DNA of 64,000 nucleotides, from assembly GCA_964495565.1 (NCBI GenBank), contig CAZBWQ010000001.1, forward strand, positions 52,166 to 116,165. The letters are read 5' to 3'. Made by a program: the position numbers and the translations under genes. Source of the DNA: an uncultured Sandaracinaceae bacterium (GTDB lineage: Bacteria; Myxococcota_A; Polyangia; Polyangiales; Houyiibacteriaceae). Below are positions 56,272 to 64,000 of the stretch, in pieces (position 1 is the first letter of the stretch; each line of letters begins with the position of its first letter). The notes beneath the pieces were generated by a model, which did not search any database, was not told the DNA's origin, and worked only from the letters and a program-made list of their open reading frames with translations.

Positions 56272-58200
56272 ATGTCGTCCGACTCCATGATTTTGACCGT
56301 GGCGAGCCGTCTGGGGCGTCACCCTCCTTTCGACCGGCTCGAGCCGGAGCTTCTGCAGCAGGTCGCGCGGCGGGTTCGGATTCGGTACTTGGAGCGAGAC
56401 GAGGTCGTGTTCGAGCAGGGACAGCCTGCCAAGCCCGAGTTCTATGTCGTGGTCAAGGGGGAGGTCGCCGTCAGCCAGCAGGTCGACGGCGAGACCGTGC
56501 TGGTCGACGTGTGTGATGACGGTGACATCTTCGGGGTCCGGGCTCTGCTCGCCGAACGGCGGTACGCCGCGCGGACCCAGGCCAAAGACGACACCCTCCT
56601 GTACGTCCTTCCGAAGGAAACTCTGGACGAGCTGATACGCGACGAGCCCCGGGTCACGATGTTCTTCGCCGCCGGCTTCGCAGCAGACCTGCCCATGCGC
56701 TTGGACAAGAACCGCCTCGAGGCGGTCCGGGCCGCGAGGCTCCACGACCGTGCCAGCGATGCGGGCGACGACGTTCGGCGCGTGGACCCCGTGCGCGACG
56801 TGCTGACCTGCAGTGCGGAAACCAGCATTCGAGAGGCTGCCTCGCTCATGAGCGAGCGAAACGTGGGGTCCATTCTGATCGTGGACGACCAACGCCGCCC
56901 GGTCGGAATCGTGACGGATTCCGACCTTCGATCGAAGGTCGTCGGACAGGCACGCGACGTATCGGACGTCATCTCCGAAATCATGAGCTCTCCCGTGCTG
57001 ACGATCGACGACCAAACCACCGTCTCTTCACTCATCGCCACCGTGATGAAGAAGCACGTGCACCACTTCGCCGTCACCGAAGATGGGACGCCCGCGACTC
57101 CGATCGTCGGCATCGTTTCGGAGCACGACATTCTGAAGACCCAAGGCAGCCATCCGACCGTGATCTTGTCCGAGATCAACCGCGCCAAGACGAAAGAGCG
57201 GCTGCGCGCGTTGCGAGATCAGGCAGAAGATCTCCTAGGGCGCTACCTCGAGGAAGAGGTAGGCATGGGCTTTTTGTCCAACATGATCACCGAGATCAAC
57301 GACACGCTGATTCGACGCGCGATTCAGTTGGCACTTCGGGATCTGAAAGAGGAGGGCCACTCTCCACCTGTTCCTTTCTGTTGGCTCGCATTGGGAAGCG
57401 AAGGCCGCGAGGAGCAACTGCTTCGCACCGATCAAGACAACGCCATCGTGTACGCAGACCCGGATGGAGACGAGGAGTCGACACGGGAGATCTTTCTCGA
57501 TTTCGGAAAGCGCATCGTCGACACGCTCGTGGATGCGGGTTTTTCGCGCTGCCCAGGGGAAGTGATGGCGAGCAATCCCAAATGGAACCAGCCCATGAGC
57601 GCGTGGAAGCGATACTTTTCCGACTGGATTCGCGAGCCCGAGAAGATCGCGGTCATGCATACCAACATCTTCTTCGATCTGCGTCCCGTCGACGGAGACG
57701 ACTCACTCGCGAACGAGCTGAAGTCACACATCTTCGAGCGCATCAAGACGGACCGGGCTTTCCTCACCTTCTTCGCACAAAATGCGACGCAGAATCCGCC
57801 TCCGCTCAGCTTCTTTCGAAACATGATCGTCGAAAGCAGCGGCGAGCATCGAGACGCGTTCGACATCAAGGCGCGCGCCATGACCCCGCTCGCCGATGCA
57901 GCACGCGTATTGATTTACGACCTGGGCATCAACATCTACGGCAGCACGGCCGAGCGTTGGCAGCGAATCGGAGAAGTCGACGAGACGTTGACGCGTTTGT
58001 CCGGAGAAGCTGCCATGGCGTATGAAATATTGATGCGAATTCGGGCCATGGAGGGTCTCGCCAGAGGGAGCTCGGGCCGGTATGTGCACATCAAAGAGCT
58101 GAACAAGCTCGAACGGCAGACGCTTCGGAACACCTTCTCGGTGGTCAAAGACGTTCAGCTCATGCTGACCTCCAGATACCGAATCGATTTCTTGCGTTGA
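56272..58200 (+). CDS. cyclic-nucleotide-binding + CBS-pair + DUF294 nucleotidyltransferase + DUF294_C protein
   Basis: The cNMP domain includes FYVVVKGEVAV...GDIFGVRALL. Two CBS motifs are present. The pol-beta-type NTase motif is LALGSEGREEQLLRTDQDNAIVY. The ATG is at 56272, with an alternative at 56287. The 5' part of ORF 55303..58200 is antisense shadow. Confidence 0.85.
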   Translation: MSSDSMILTVASRLGRHPPFDRLEPELLQQVARRVRIRYLERDEVVFEQGQPAKPEFYVVVKGEVAVSQQVDGETVLVDVCDDGDIFGVRALLAERRYAARTQAKDDTLLYVLPKETLDELIRDEPRVTMFFAAGFAADLPMRLDKNRLEAVRAARLHDRASDAGDDVRRVDPVRDVLTCSAETSIREAASLMSERNVGSILIVDDQRRPVGIVTDSDLRSKVVGQARDVSDVISEIMSSPVLTIDDQTTVSSLIATVMKKHVHHFAVTEDGTPATPIVGIVSEHDILKTQGSHPTVILSEINRAKTKERLRALRDQAEDLLGRYLEEEVGMGFLSNMITEINDTLIRRAIQLALRDLKEEGHSPPVPFCWLALGSEGREEQLLRTDQDNAIVYADPDGDEESTREIFLDFGKRIVDTLVDAGFSRCPGEVMASNPKWNQPMSAWKRYFSDWIREPEKIAVMHTNIFFDLRPVDGDDSLANELKSHIFERIKTDRAFLTFFAQNATQNPPPLSFFRNMIVESSGEHRDAFDIKARAMTPLADAARVLIYDLGINIYGSTAERWQRIGEVDETLTRLSGEAAMAYEILMRIRAMEGLARGSSGRYVHIKELNKLERQTLRNTFSVVKDVQLMLTSRYRIDFLR

Positions 58201-58201
58201 G

Positions 58202-58924
58202 GTGCCTTTGATCCGCGAGCTCGTCAGGCGCTGGTTGCTTCCCGGTCGGTTGCCCAAGCACGCGCAAACGTGGCCCGAGCCGCTGCGAGAGTACATGTTG
58301 CAGCAGAAGCGGTTGTCCAAGGAGACGAAGCTCGAGGACGCGCGGTTCGTGGTCTTCGACACGGAGACCACCGGACTCGACCTTTCGGCGAATAGGCTCT
58401 TGTCGATCGCGGGAGTTGCCATCGTGGGTCTCGAAATCGAGCTCGACGATGCTTTCGAGGCCATGGTCCTTCAGAGCGACGTGGGAGGCGCCGAGGCTGC
58501 CGTCATTCACGGCCTGGTATCGAGTGACCTCGGCTCCGGCGTGCCGCAAGACCAAGCTGCTGCGGAGTTCTTGGCCTTCGTCGGGGACTCGGTGCTGGTC
58601 GCTCATCACGCAGCCTTCGACATTCGCATGCTGAAGAAGGCCATCGAGCCACATCGTGGCGCCCACGTTTGGAGCCCGAGCATCGACACCTCGCAGCTGG
58701 CGCGACGGGTCGAAGATGCCGCCATGTCTTCGGGACGAGCGCAAGGATCCGAGTCTCGTGAGAGCTACCAGCTGGATGTCCTCGTCGAGCTCTACGGCAT
58801 CGAAGCCCCGGAAAGACACACCGCCGCAGGTGATGCCTTGGCGACCGCCTTGCTCTTCCAGAAATTGATCAAGAAGGCACAACGCCGTGGAATTCAAACG
58901 CTCGGAGACTTGCTGTCGCGCTGA
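58202..58924 (+). CDS. DEDDh 3'-5' exonuclease (DnaQ/PolIII-epsilon-like)
   Basis: The GTG start lies 1 nt after the upstream stop. Exo I is FVVFDTETTGLD, Exo II is LVAHHAAFDIRML and Exo III is HTAAGDALATA. Confidence 0.85.
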   Translation: MPLIRELVRRWLLPGRLPKHAQTWPEPLREYMLQQKRLSKETKLEDARFVVFDTETTGLDLSANRLLSIAGVAIVGLEIELDDAFEAMVLQSDVGGAEAAVIHGLVSSDLGSGVPQDQAAAEFLAFVGDSVLVAHHAAFDIRMLKKAIEPHRGAHVWSPSIDTSQLARRVEDAAMSSGRAQGSESRESYQLDVLVELYGIEAPERHTAAGDALATALLFQKLIKKAQRRGIQTLGDLLSR

Positions 58925-58959
58925 GAGTGGTGTGCTATGAGCGGTCGAATCGAAGCTCG

Positions 58960-59763
58960 ATGCGAAAGAAGACGTTCACCCATCCGCCATGCGCTTTCGT
59001 GCGGTTTCTGAGCCTTTCGTTTGCGTTTGCCTCGTTGGTCGGTTGCCGATGCGGAGCGATGGGATCTTCGTCGGAGCTCACGGTCTTTGCGGCCTCCTCA
59101 CTCGCCGATGCGTTCCAAGCGCTCGAACGCGACTTCGAGTCCCAGCACCCGGATGACGAGGTGTCGCTTGCATTCGGTGGCAGCCAAGTCCTTCGGTTGC
59201 AGATCGAGCAAGGTGCGCCGGCTGACGTCTTTGCATCGGCCGACCAACGTCACATCGCTGCCTTGGTCGGAGCCGGCCTCGTCCGCGAGAGCGAAGTTTT
59301 CGCCCACAGTGAGCTCGCGCTGATCGTACCGACTGGCAACCCTGCCCGCATCGAGTCTTTCGCGGACCTCCCACGTGCGAATCGAGTGGTGCTCGGAGCG
59401 CCGGAAGTGCCGGTGGGGCGCTACTCGGCGGAGCTGCTTCGGCGCGCTGCACAATCTTACGGACCCGAGTTCCGCAACGAGGTGCGTGAACACGTGGTTT
59501 CCGAGGAGAGCAACGTGCGGTTGGTCCGGGCCAAGGTCGAGCTCGGCGAAGCCGATGCGGCGATCGTATACCGCCCGGACGTGACCCCTCGAAGCCAGAT
59601 TCGGATCATTCCCATTCCCGCGGTGCTGAACGTGCGCGTGGAATACCACATCGGCATCATCGCGGAATCCGATCGGCGAGAGCTGGCGCTGCGCTGGATC
59701 TCGTACCTACGATCCGAGCGAGCCCGCGAAATCTTGACCGAGCACGGGTTCATGGTGGATTGA
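58960..59763 (+). CDS. modA: molybdate ABC transporter substrate-binding lipoprotein
   Basis: The lipobox LVGC is present. ModA-like segments include [38 protein letters not shown] and DAAIVY. Confidence 0.85.
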   Translation: MRKKTFTHPPCAFVRFLSLSFAFASLVGCRCGAMGSSSELTVFAASSLADAFQALERDFESQHPDDEVSLAFGGSQVLRLQIEQGAPADVFASADQRHIAALVGAGLVRESEVFAHSELALIVPTGNPARIESFADLPRANRVVLGAPEVPVGRYSAELLRRAAQSYGPEFRNEVREHVVSEESNVRLVRAKVELGEADAAIVYRPDVTPRSQIRIIPIPAVLNVRVEYHIGIIAESDRRELALRWISYLRSERAREILTEHGFMVD

Positions 59764-60608
59764 TGCTGCGCCGACCCGGCACGAACGCGCTCGTTTCCGT
59801 GCTTGCGTGGAGCTCCGCGCTGGCTCTTCTCATGCTCATCGTCCTGCCGATCGCGGCGTTGGCGTTGAGTAGCTCGGCTTCGTCGCTTGCCGCGGGCGCG
59901 CTCCATCCGTTGTTTCTGCCGGCGCTTTCGTTGAGTGCGAGGACCACGATCGCCAGTCTCGGCATCGTGGTGATCAGCGGAACTCCGTTGGCATGGTGGC
60001 TAGCGACGGGTCCCTCGCGCTACACGCGGATCGTCGAGCTCCTGGTGGTCTTGCCCATCGTCGTCCCGCCTGCCGTCTTGGGCGTGGCCATGCTCCAGAC
60101 CTTCGGGCGCAGTGGTCTCTTGGGTCCGTCGCTCGACGCGCTCGGCGTCCAGATTCCATTCACGACCTCCGCCGTCGTTCTGGCGCAGGTAGTGGTGGCC
60201 GCGCCGTTTTACGTCGAATCGGCGGCGATCGCGTTTCGCCGCGTCGACGTGGACTTGATGCTCGTGGCACGGACGCTCGGTGCGACCCCGGCAGCCGCGT
60301 TTTTCAAGGTCGCCATCCCGGTCGCCGCATCGGGCCTGTTGGCCGGTGCCGCTCTCTCCTACGCTCGCGCCATCGGAGAGTTCGGGGCGACGCTGCTCTT
60401 TGCCGGGAATCTTCCTTCGACGACACAAACCATGCCGCTCGCCATCTACACTTCGCTCGAGTCGGACGTCCGCGCGGCACTTGCTCTGTCGATCGTGCTC
60501 GTCGGCATTGCCGTCGTGCTCTTGTTCATCTTGCGGGTAGGACCCCAAGCGCTTTCCTCCTGGACCCATCAACGACGCGAGTCCGCTCCGAAAGGAGATC
60601 GACCATGA
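59763..60608 (+). CDS. modB: molybdate ABC transporter permease
   Basis: A TGATG overlap joins it to modA. The EAA-type loop ([25 protein letters not shown]) and the segment [10 protein letters not shown] are present. Confidence 0.85.
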   Translation: MLRRPGTNALVSVLAWSSALALLMLIVLPIAALALSSSASSLAAGALHPLFLPALSLSARTTIASLGIVVISGTPLAWWLATGPSRYTRIVELLVVLPIVVPPAVLGVAMLQTFGRSGLLGPSLDALGVQIPFTTSAVVLAQVVVAAPFYVESAAIAFRRVDVDLMLVARTLGATPAAAFFKVAIPVAASGLLAGAALSYARAIGEFGATLLFAGNLPSTTQTMPLAIYTSLESDVRAALALSIVLVGIAVVLLFILRVGPQALSSWTHQRRESAPKGDRP

Positions 60609-61360
60609 GTTGGAACGTTCGGCTGCGTGGAGGCGTAGGCGGTTTTCGACTCGATGCGGGCATCGACGGGACCGCGCAGCCCATCGTAATCATCGGTCCC
60701 AACGGGGCGGGAAAGACGACGCTCCTGCGCATGATCGCAGGCTCTCATCACCCGTCCGACGGGCAAATTCGGATCGACTCCAAGATCGTCTACGATTCGG
60801 AGCGCGGAATCGATCTCCCGCCGGAGGCGCGGGAGATCGGCTACGTACCGCAGGGGTTTGGTCTCTTTCCTCACTTACGCGTGGTGGACAACGTGGCCTT
60901 CGGTCTTTCGGTAGGCCCGAGACGAGAGCCTCGCAGGACACGACACGCGGCCGCGGTGCGGCTTCTCGCGGAGCTCGATTGCGCCGACCTAGCGGACCGC
61001 CTCCCGTCCGATCTCTCGGGCGGCGAAAAACAGCGTGTCGCACTCGCACGAGCGCTCATCGTCGAGCCGCGGCTCCTGCTGCTGGACGAGCCTCTGGCCA
61101 CGTTGGATCCCGGTTCACGCCGAAAAGTCCGTGCGTTTCTCGGCCATCACCTGAAGCAGCGGTCGGTGCCGGCCATCCTCGTGACTCACGACGCCCGAGA
61201 CGCCGAGGCGCTCGGCGCCGAGCTGTTCGTGCTCGAAGAAGGTCGAATCGTTCAGCGCGGGTCTGCGGCCGAGCTGCGTGCGCGTCCGGCCACGGCCTTC
61301 GTCGCCGAGTTTTTCGATGCTGCCCAGCGGTCCCCGGCTATTTCGGGGTTCGACCGCTGA
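60605..61360 (+). CDS. modC: ABC transporter ATP-binding protein (ModC-like, no TOBE domain)
   Basis: An ATGA overlap joins it to modB. Walker A is GPNGAGKTT, the signature is [15 protein letters not shown] and Walker B is LLLLDEP. The protein is only 251 aa. Confidence 0.8.
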   Translation: MSWNVRLRGGVGGFRLDAGIDGTAQPIVIIGPNGAGKTTLLRMIAGSHHPSDGQIRIDSKIVYDSERGIDLPPEAREIGYVPQGFGLFPHLRVVDNVAFGLSVGPRREPRRTRHAAAVRLLAELDCADLADRLPSDLSGGEKQRVALARALIVEPRLLLLDEPLATLDPGSRRKVRAFLGHHLKQRSVPAILVTHDARDAEALGAELFVLEEGRIVQRGSAAELRARPATAFVAEFFDAAQRSPAISGFDR

Positions 61361-61511
61361 CCAGTCCCATCACCAGGCTGACGACGAAGACGACCAGGAA
61401 CGCCACGAACAAGATCTGCGCGATCGTCGCGGCGCCTGCGGCAATGCCTCCAAAGCCGAATACACCCGCAATGATGGCGAGGATGAAGAAGATTAAAGCC
61501 CAACGTAACAT
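61338..61511 (-). CDS. DUF1328 (YtjA-like) small membrane protein
   Basis: GGAGG lies 7 nt upstream of the ATG at 61511. [35 protein letters not shown]... closely resembles E. coli YtjA, from memory. Confidence 0.8.
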   Translation of the reverse strand: MLRWALIFFILAIIAGVFGFGGIAAGAATIAQILFVAFLVVFVVSLVMGLVSGRTPK

Positions 61512-61533
61512 GAGAAGTCCTCCGGCTGTGTAC

Positions 61534-62229
61534 TCATGCACGAGCCGTGCCACCGGGATTCGAGCGTCTTCTCCCCAGGGGCGCGGTCCAGGCGACGATG
61601 GGTACGAAACCCCCGTAGTAGAGCACGTTTGGCACGATGCGGAGGAGGAAGCCTTCGTCGGCTCGAGTGAACAGGATGACGGCATCGGCCGACGCCCAAA
61701 GTGCGTAGTAGAAGACCCCGAACAGCGTCACCAATCGAACCCAGCGAGCGGCCTGAACGCGCCGAGGCAGATACACGAAGAGCAACGTGCACAGAAGCAC
61801 GACGAACGACAGTTCATAGACCAGAAAAAGCACGCGCGACTCGTCCGTTCCGAGCATGAGCATCAGTGCTTGCGAGCCGATGGGCACCACCAATGTCCAA
61901 GCCAGCGCTCGTCCCAAACCTCGTACCGTGATCGACAAGCTGCCGTTGGGACGGGCGCTTTCGACGAAGAAGAAGTAGCGGAAGTCTCCCAGCAGAACGA
62001 ATATGAGGGGCACCCAAGGCGGAGCGGATTTCGTCGATTCGAGCCCGAGGATTTGATTCGCAGTGAGCCACGCGTCGAAGAGGGAGACGACGGTGAGCGC
62101 GACGCAGAACCACCGCACGTGAGGCGACAACCCCCGACGCGCGAGGGCGAGCAGAAGGCCCAGGACGGCGCTGGCCCACAAAAGGCCTGGATGCTGAAGG
62201 GGAGATGCGTAGAGATCGGCGAAGCTCAC
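61534..62229 (-). CDS. hypothetical polytopic membrane protein (231 aa)
   Basis: The GTG start overlaps the upstream stop (GTGA). It has about 6 hydrophobic segments, and I recognise no family. Confidence 0.5.
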   Translation of the reverse strand: MSFADLYASPLQHPGLLWASAVLGLLLALARRGLSPHVRWFCVALTVVSLFDAWLTANQILGLESTKSAPPWVPLIFVLLGDFRYFFFVESARPNGSLSITVRGLGRALAWTLVVPIGSQALMLMLGTDESRVLFLVYELSFVVLLCTLLFVYLPRRVQAARWVRLVTLFGVFYYALWASADAVILFTRADEGFLLRIVPNVLYYGGFVPIVAWTAPLGRRRSNPGGTARA

Positions 62230-63095
62230 TGTGCTCCGGGGTCCACTTTGTGGGACGCGATCGTTTCCAGATAAGCCATGATCGCGTCGATCACGTCTTC
62301 GCGGTTGGGAAGCGTCGGGTTCAGCGGAGGCATCTGAGGCCTCAGCCGCATGCTCGTCGGATCGTCAATCCACTTTCGGAGCCAGCCCGGCTTCAGGTAT
62401 TCGGTTGGATTTGCCGGGTAGTTGAGCTCCGGTCCGACCCGGCCCCCATGGCCGTTGACGGCATGGCACTGCGAGCAATGAATCACGAACGCTTCGAAGC
62501 CATCCCAGGTCTCTTGCGAGGCATCCGGGCTCGGCACCATCTCACCGAAACGAGAGCGAAAGGTGACGAGATCGATGCGTGTGACTTGGTACGGCCATCC
62601 ATAATCGTCCTCCGCTCGAATCTGGGGATCGTTCAGGTTGTCCCAGATGACGTAAAAGGGACCGAGCTCGACGGTCCGTTTCGCTCCATTGAGAATCTCC
62701 GTGATCGTGAAGTCGCCATGGTCGGCTCTCTCGACCGCGAGAAACGCCGAATGCTCCAATACGCGACGCACGGGGATGGTCGGCTCGTAGCCGTCGAGAC
62801 AACTGAACATGATCGCTTCGCGATCTCGCCAAGAACGCCCGTATGTAGCGTCGAGGACGCGTGGAAGAGGGACGGCACGGAAGGTCATCATGGTGCGCTG
62901 ATGGGGCTCGAAGACTTCGACGTCCCGTACGCCGAGCTGCTGGACCTGTGCCAAGCCATGCGACGCCACGAGCTGCGACCCGTCTCGAAAGACGAGCTCG
63001 GGGTCATCGTCGCTACGCTTGGGGCTGCAGCCGATCGCTGCGGTCACGGTCAGCGAGATCGCCACTGCGGCGACGCCGAAGAATACAGGCTTCAT
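62226..63095 (-). CDS. lipoprotein with C-terminal mono-haem cytochrome c domain
   Basis: The ATG at 63095 overlaps the folE stop (ATGA). The lipobox AAIGCS and the haem motif CSQCH are present. The N-terminal ~170 aa loosely resemble the Oxidored_molyb fold (FSCLDGYEPTIP...LGPFYVIW). Confidence 0.7.
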   Translation of the reverse strand: MKPVFFGVAAVAISLTVTAAIGCSPKRSDDDPELVFRDGSQLVASHGLAQVQQLGVRDVEVFEPHQRTMMTFRAVPLPRVLDATYGRSWRDREAIMFSCLDGYEPTIPVRRVLEHSAFLAVERADHGDFTITEILNGAKRTVELGPFYVIWDNLNDPQIRAEDDYGWPYQVTRIDLVTFRSRFGEMVPSPDASQETWDGFEAFVIHCSQCHAVNGHGGRVGPELNYPANPTEYLKPGWLRKWIDDPTSMRLRPQMPPLNPTLPNREDVIDAIMAYLETIASHKVDPGAQ

Positions 63096-63625
63096 CGAGA
63101 GGGAAGGGCGCCGTCCTCCGCGAGGCATCCCAACGCGATTTCGGTGCGAGTGACCGAGCCTGGGCTACGCGGACCCCGGCTCACCATGCAGAGGTGTTGA
63201 GCCTCGCTTCGTACGAGGACTCCCTTGGCGTGTCCGGACTCCATCATCTCGCGGGCGATGTCACGCACCAGGTCTTCTTGGATTTGGAAGCGACGTGAGT
63301 AGGCCTCGACCAAACGGGGCAGCTTCCCTAGACCGAGAATTCGGTCGCCGGGGACGTAGCAGATGCTGACGTGGCCGAAAAAAGGGAGAAAGTGATGCGC
63401 GCAAATCGAATAGAACTCGATGTCGTCCACGACGACGCGTCCCGGACGCTCGTCGTCCCGGAGAAAGCGTGTCGTTTTGAGGATCGTCGACGGGTCGATC
63501 GAATAACCACTCAAGAGCTCTTTGTAGCAACGCGCGATTCGGTCCTCTGCGTCCGGCGCGTCGAACCATCTCATCGCACGAGGATCTCCCGTGACGTGCG
63601 TACGCAACCAATCTGTGAGTTTCAT
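63092..63625 (-). CDS. folE: GTP cyclohydrolase I (type 1, FolE-like)
   Basis: The ATG is at 63625. [47 protein letters not shown] and AQHLCMVSRG align with the FolE Zn/catalytic motifs (CEHH..., QERL, HMCM). The first motif reads CAHH instead of CEHH. Confidence 0.8.
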   Translation of the reverse strand: MKLTDWLRTHVTGDPRAMRWFDAPDAEDRIARCYKELLSGYSIDPSTILKTTRFLRDDERPGRVVVDDIEFYSICAHHFLPFFGHVSICYVPGDRILGLGKLPRLVEAYSRRFQIQEDLVRDIAREMMESGHAKGVLVRSEAQHLCMVSRGPRSPGSVTRTEIALGCLAEDGALPSR

Positions 63626-64000
63626 GTGCTTCCCTTCAAAGATCGCTCGAGCCACGACCAGACTCCCATTCGATCCAACAACGGGTTCATCCAACCCGTG
63701 CTGATGCAGTAGGCCTGGTCGTGTGAAGCGCGATGGTGTCGTGCATGTCGATCGGGACTCAAGATGAGTCCCGTCCGCTGAAGCAATCGAACCGAGCGCG
63801 GTGCCACGGCGGAATGCGCCCATTTGTGAGCTTGATTGGCCATTGCTCCAAACAGGGCCATCGTCCAGAGGCATGCGATTCCCATCGCGGAAAGCCACGA
63901 TCCCGCGCGGGGCTGAAACCAAACGAGCCCGAGCAGAGCAACGAGGGGAAGAATCGAAGACTCTCCATTGGTTTCGATCCAGTCGTGCTCGACGATCGCG
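63622..64000 (-). CDS. CarF/PEDS1 (TMEM189, Kua-domain) family membrane desaturase, C-terminal part (gene continues beyond the right edge)
   Basis: NQAHKWAH ... LILSPDRHARHH ... YCISTGWMNPLLDRMGVWSWLERSL matches the TMEM189/CarF His-box region (HKWSH, HHxxHH, FCITTGWLN), from memory. The frame stays open from 63885 to 64000 on hand translation. Its stop overlaps the folE ATG (ATGA). Confidence 0.7.
   Translation of the reverse strand, partial: AIVEHDWIETNGESSILPLVALLGLVWFQPRAGSWLSAMGIACLWTMALFGAMANQAHKWAHSAVAPRSVRLLQRTGLILSPDRHARHHRASHDQAYCISTGWMNPLLDRMGVWSWLERSLKGST

Noticed and set aside
56167-57015. N-terminal 283-aa extension of ORF 54280..57015; likewise the 5' parts of 55303..58200, 20492..23113 and 18340..19650
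   Set aside because: The extensions run antisense through neighbouring real genes. The recognisable protein begins at an internal ATG with a good Shine-Dalgarno sequence or a signal peptide (56166, 56272, 21656 and 19186).
60610-62274. 554-aa ORF on the plus strand spanning modC, DUF1328 and the membrane protein gene
   Set aside because: It is out of frame with the Walker A/B-containing ModC reading frame and antisense to two well-supported minus-strand genes. Its Arg-rich composition is junk-like.

Overview
The window is a GC-rich bacterial chromosomal segment with a strong G/C third-position bias. It is packed with about 52 CDS, many joined by 4-nt ATGA/GTGA start-stop overlaps. I found no rRNA, tRNA, CRISPR array, transposase or integrase. 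The gene content suggests a myxobacterium-like organism, but that is inference only. The relevant genes are a GAFTGA sigma-54 activator, a CarF/PEDS1-like desaturase, a vitamin-K-carboxylase/HTTM homolog and many Cys-lipobox proteins.

Blocks from left to right:
- (1) 1-10.5 kb is an envelope glycoconjugate block. It holds an acyl-CoA dehydrogenase, AsnB-type amidotransferase, two GT4 glycosyltransferases, a Wzx-type flippase and an MMPL/HpnN-like RND exporter.
- (2) 10.6-13.8 kb is an inositol-phosphate activation module behind a sigma-54-type promoter. It holds a CDP-alcohol phosphatidyltransferase, an NTP-transferase and a myo-inositol-1-phosphate synthase.
- (3) 13.8-21.5 kb holds a GNAT, an RDD protein with ten tandem nonapeptide repeats, a coupled SDR and sulfotransferase, a MATE pump, TruC and PanE.
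- (4) 21.6-29.1 kb is a cluster fronted by a Fur-box-like site. It encodes a DUF4856-like lipoprotein, an imelysin, a vitamin-K-dependent gamma-carboxylase (HTTM) homolog, a TonB-dependent receptor with a Glu-rich N-terminal extension, and TonB.
- (5) 29.1-43.9 kb holds an alpha-E/circularly permuted ATP-grasp pair, QOR, a D-aminoacylase, an orphan TRAP binding protein, an HNH nuclease, a discoidin-domain polytopic membrane protein, ClC, a BCCP-carboxyltransferase fusion, a Tat amidohydrolase and VIT1.
- (6) 44.0-58.9 kb is a short-chain carboxylate scavenging regulon. It runs PrpE, small TM ORF, SSS-fused histidine kinase, sigma-54 response regulator, sigma-54 promoter, Acs, DUF4212, SSS permease and porin. 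Divergent from it is a cNMP-CBS-DUF294 nucleotidyltransferase plus DEDDh exonuclease pair.
- (7) 58.9-64.0 kb holds modABC. Converging on it is a translationally coupled operon of a CarF/PEDS1-like desaturase (truncated by the window edge), GTP cyclohydrolase I, a cytochrome-c lipoprotein, a polytopic membrane protein and DUF1328.

The candidates I rate most novel are the VKGC/HTTM iron-type cluster, the CarF-FolE-cytochrome c operon, the DUF294/exonuclease pair and the CDP-inositol-type lipid module. All family calls rest on motif recognition by eye. No database search was run.
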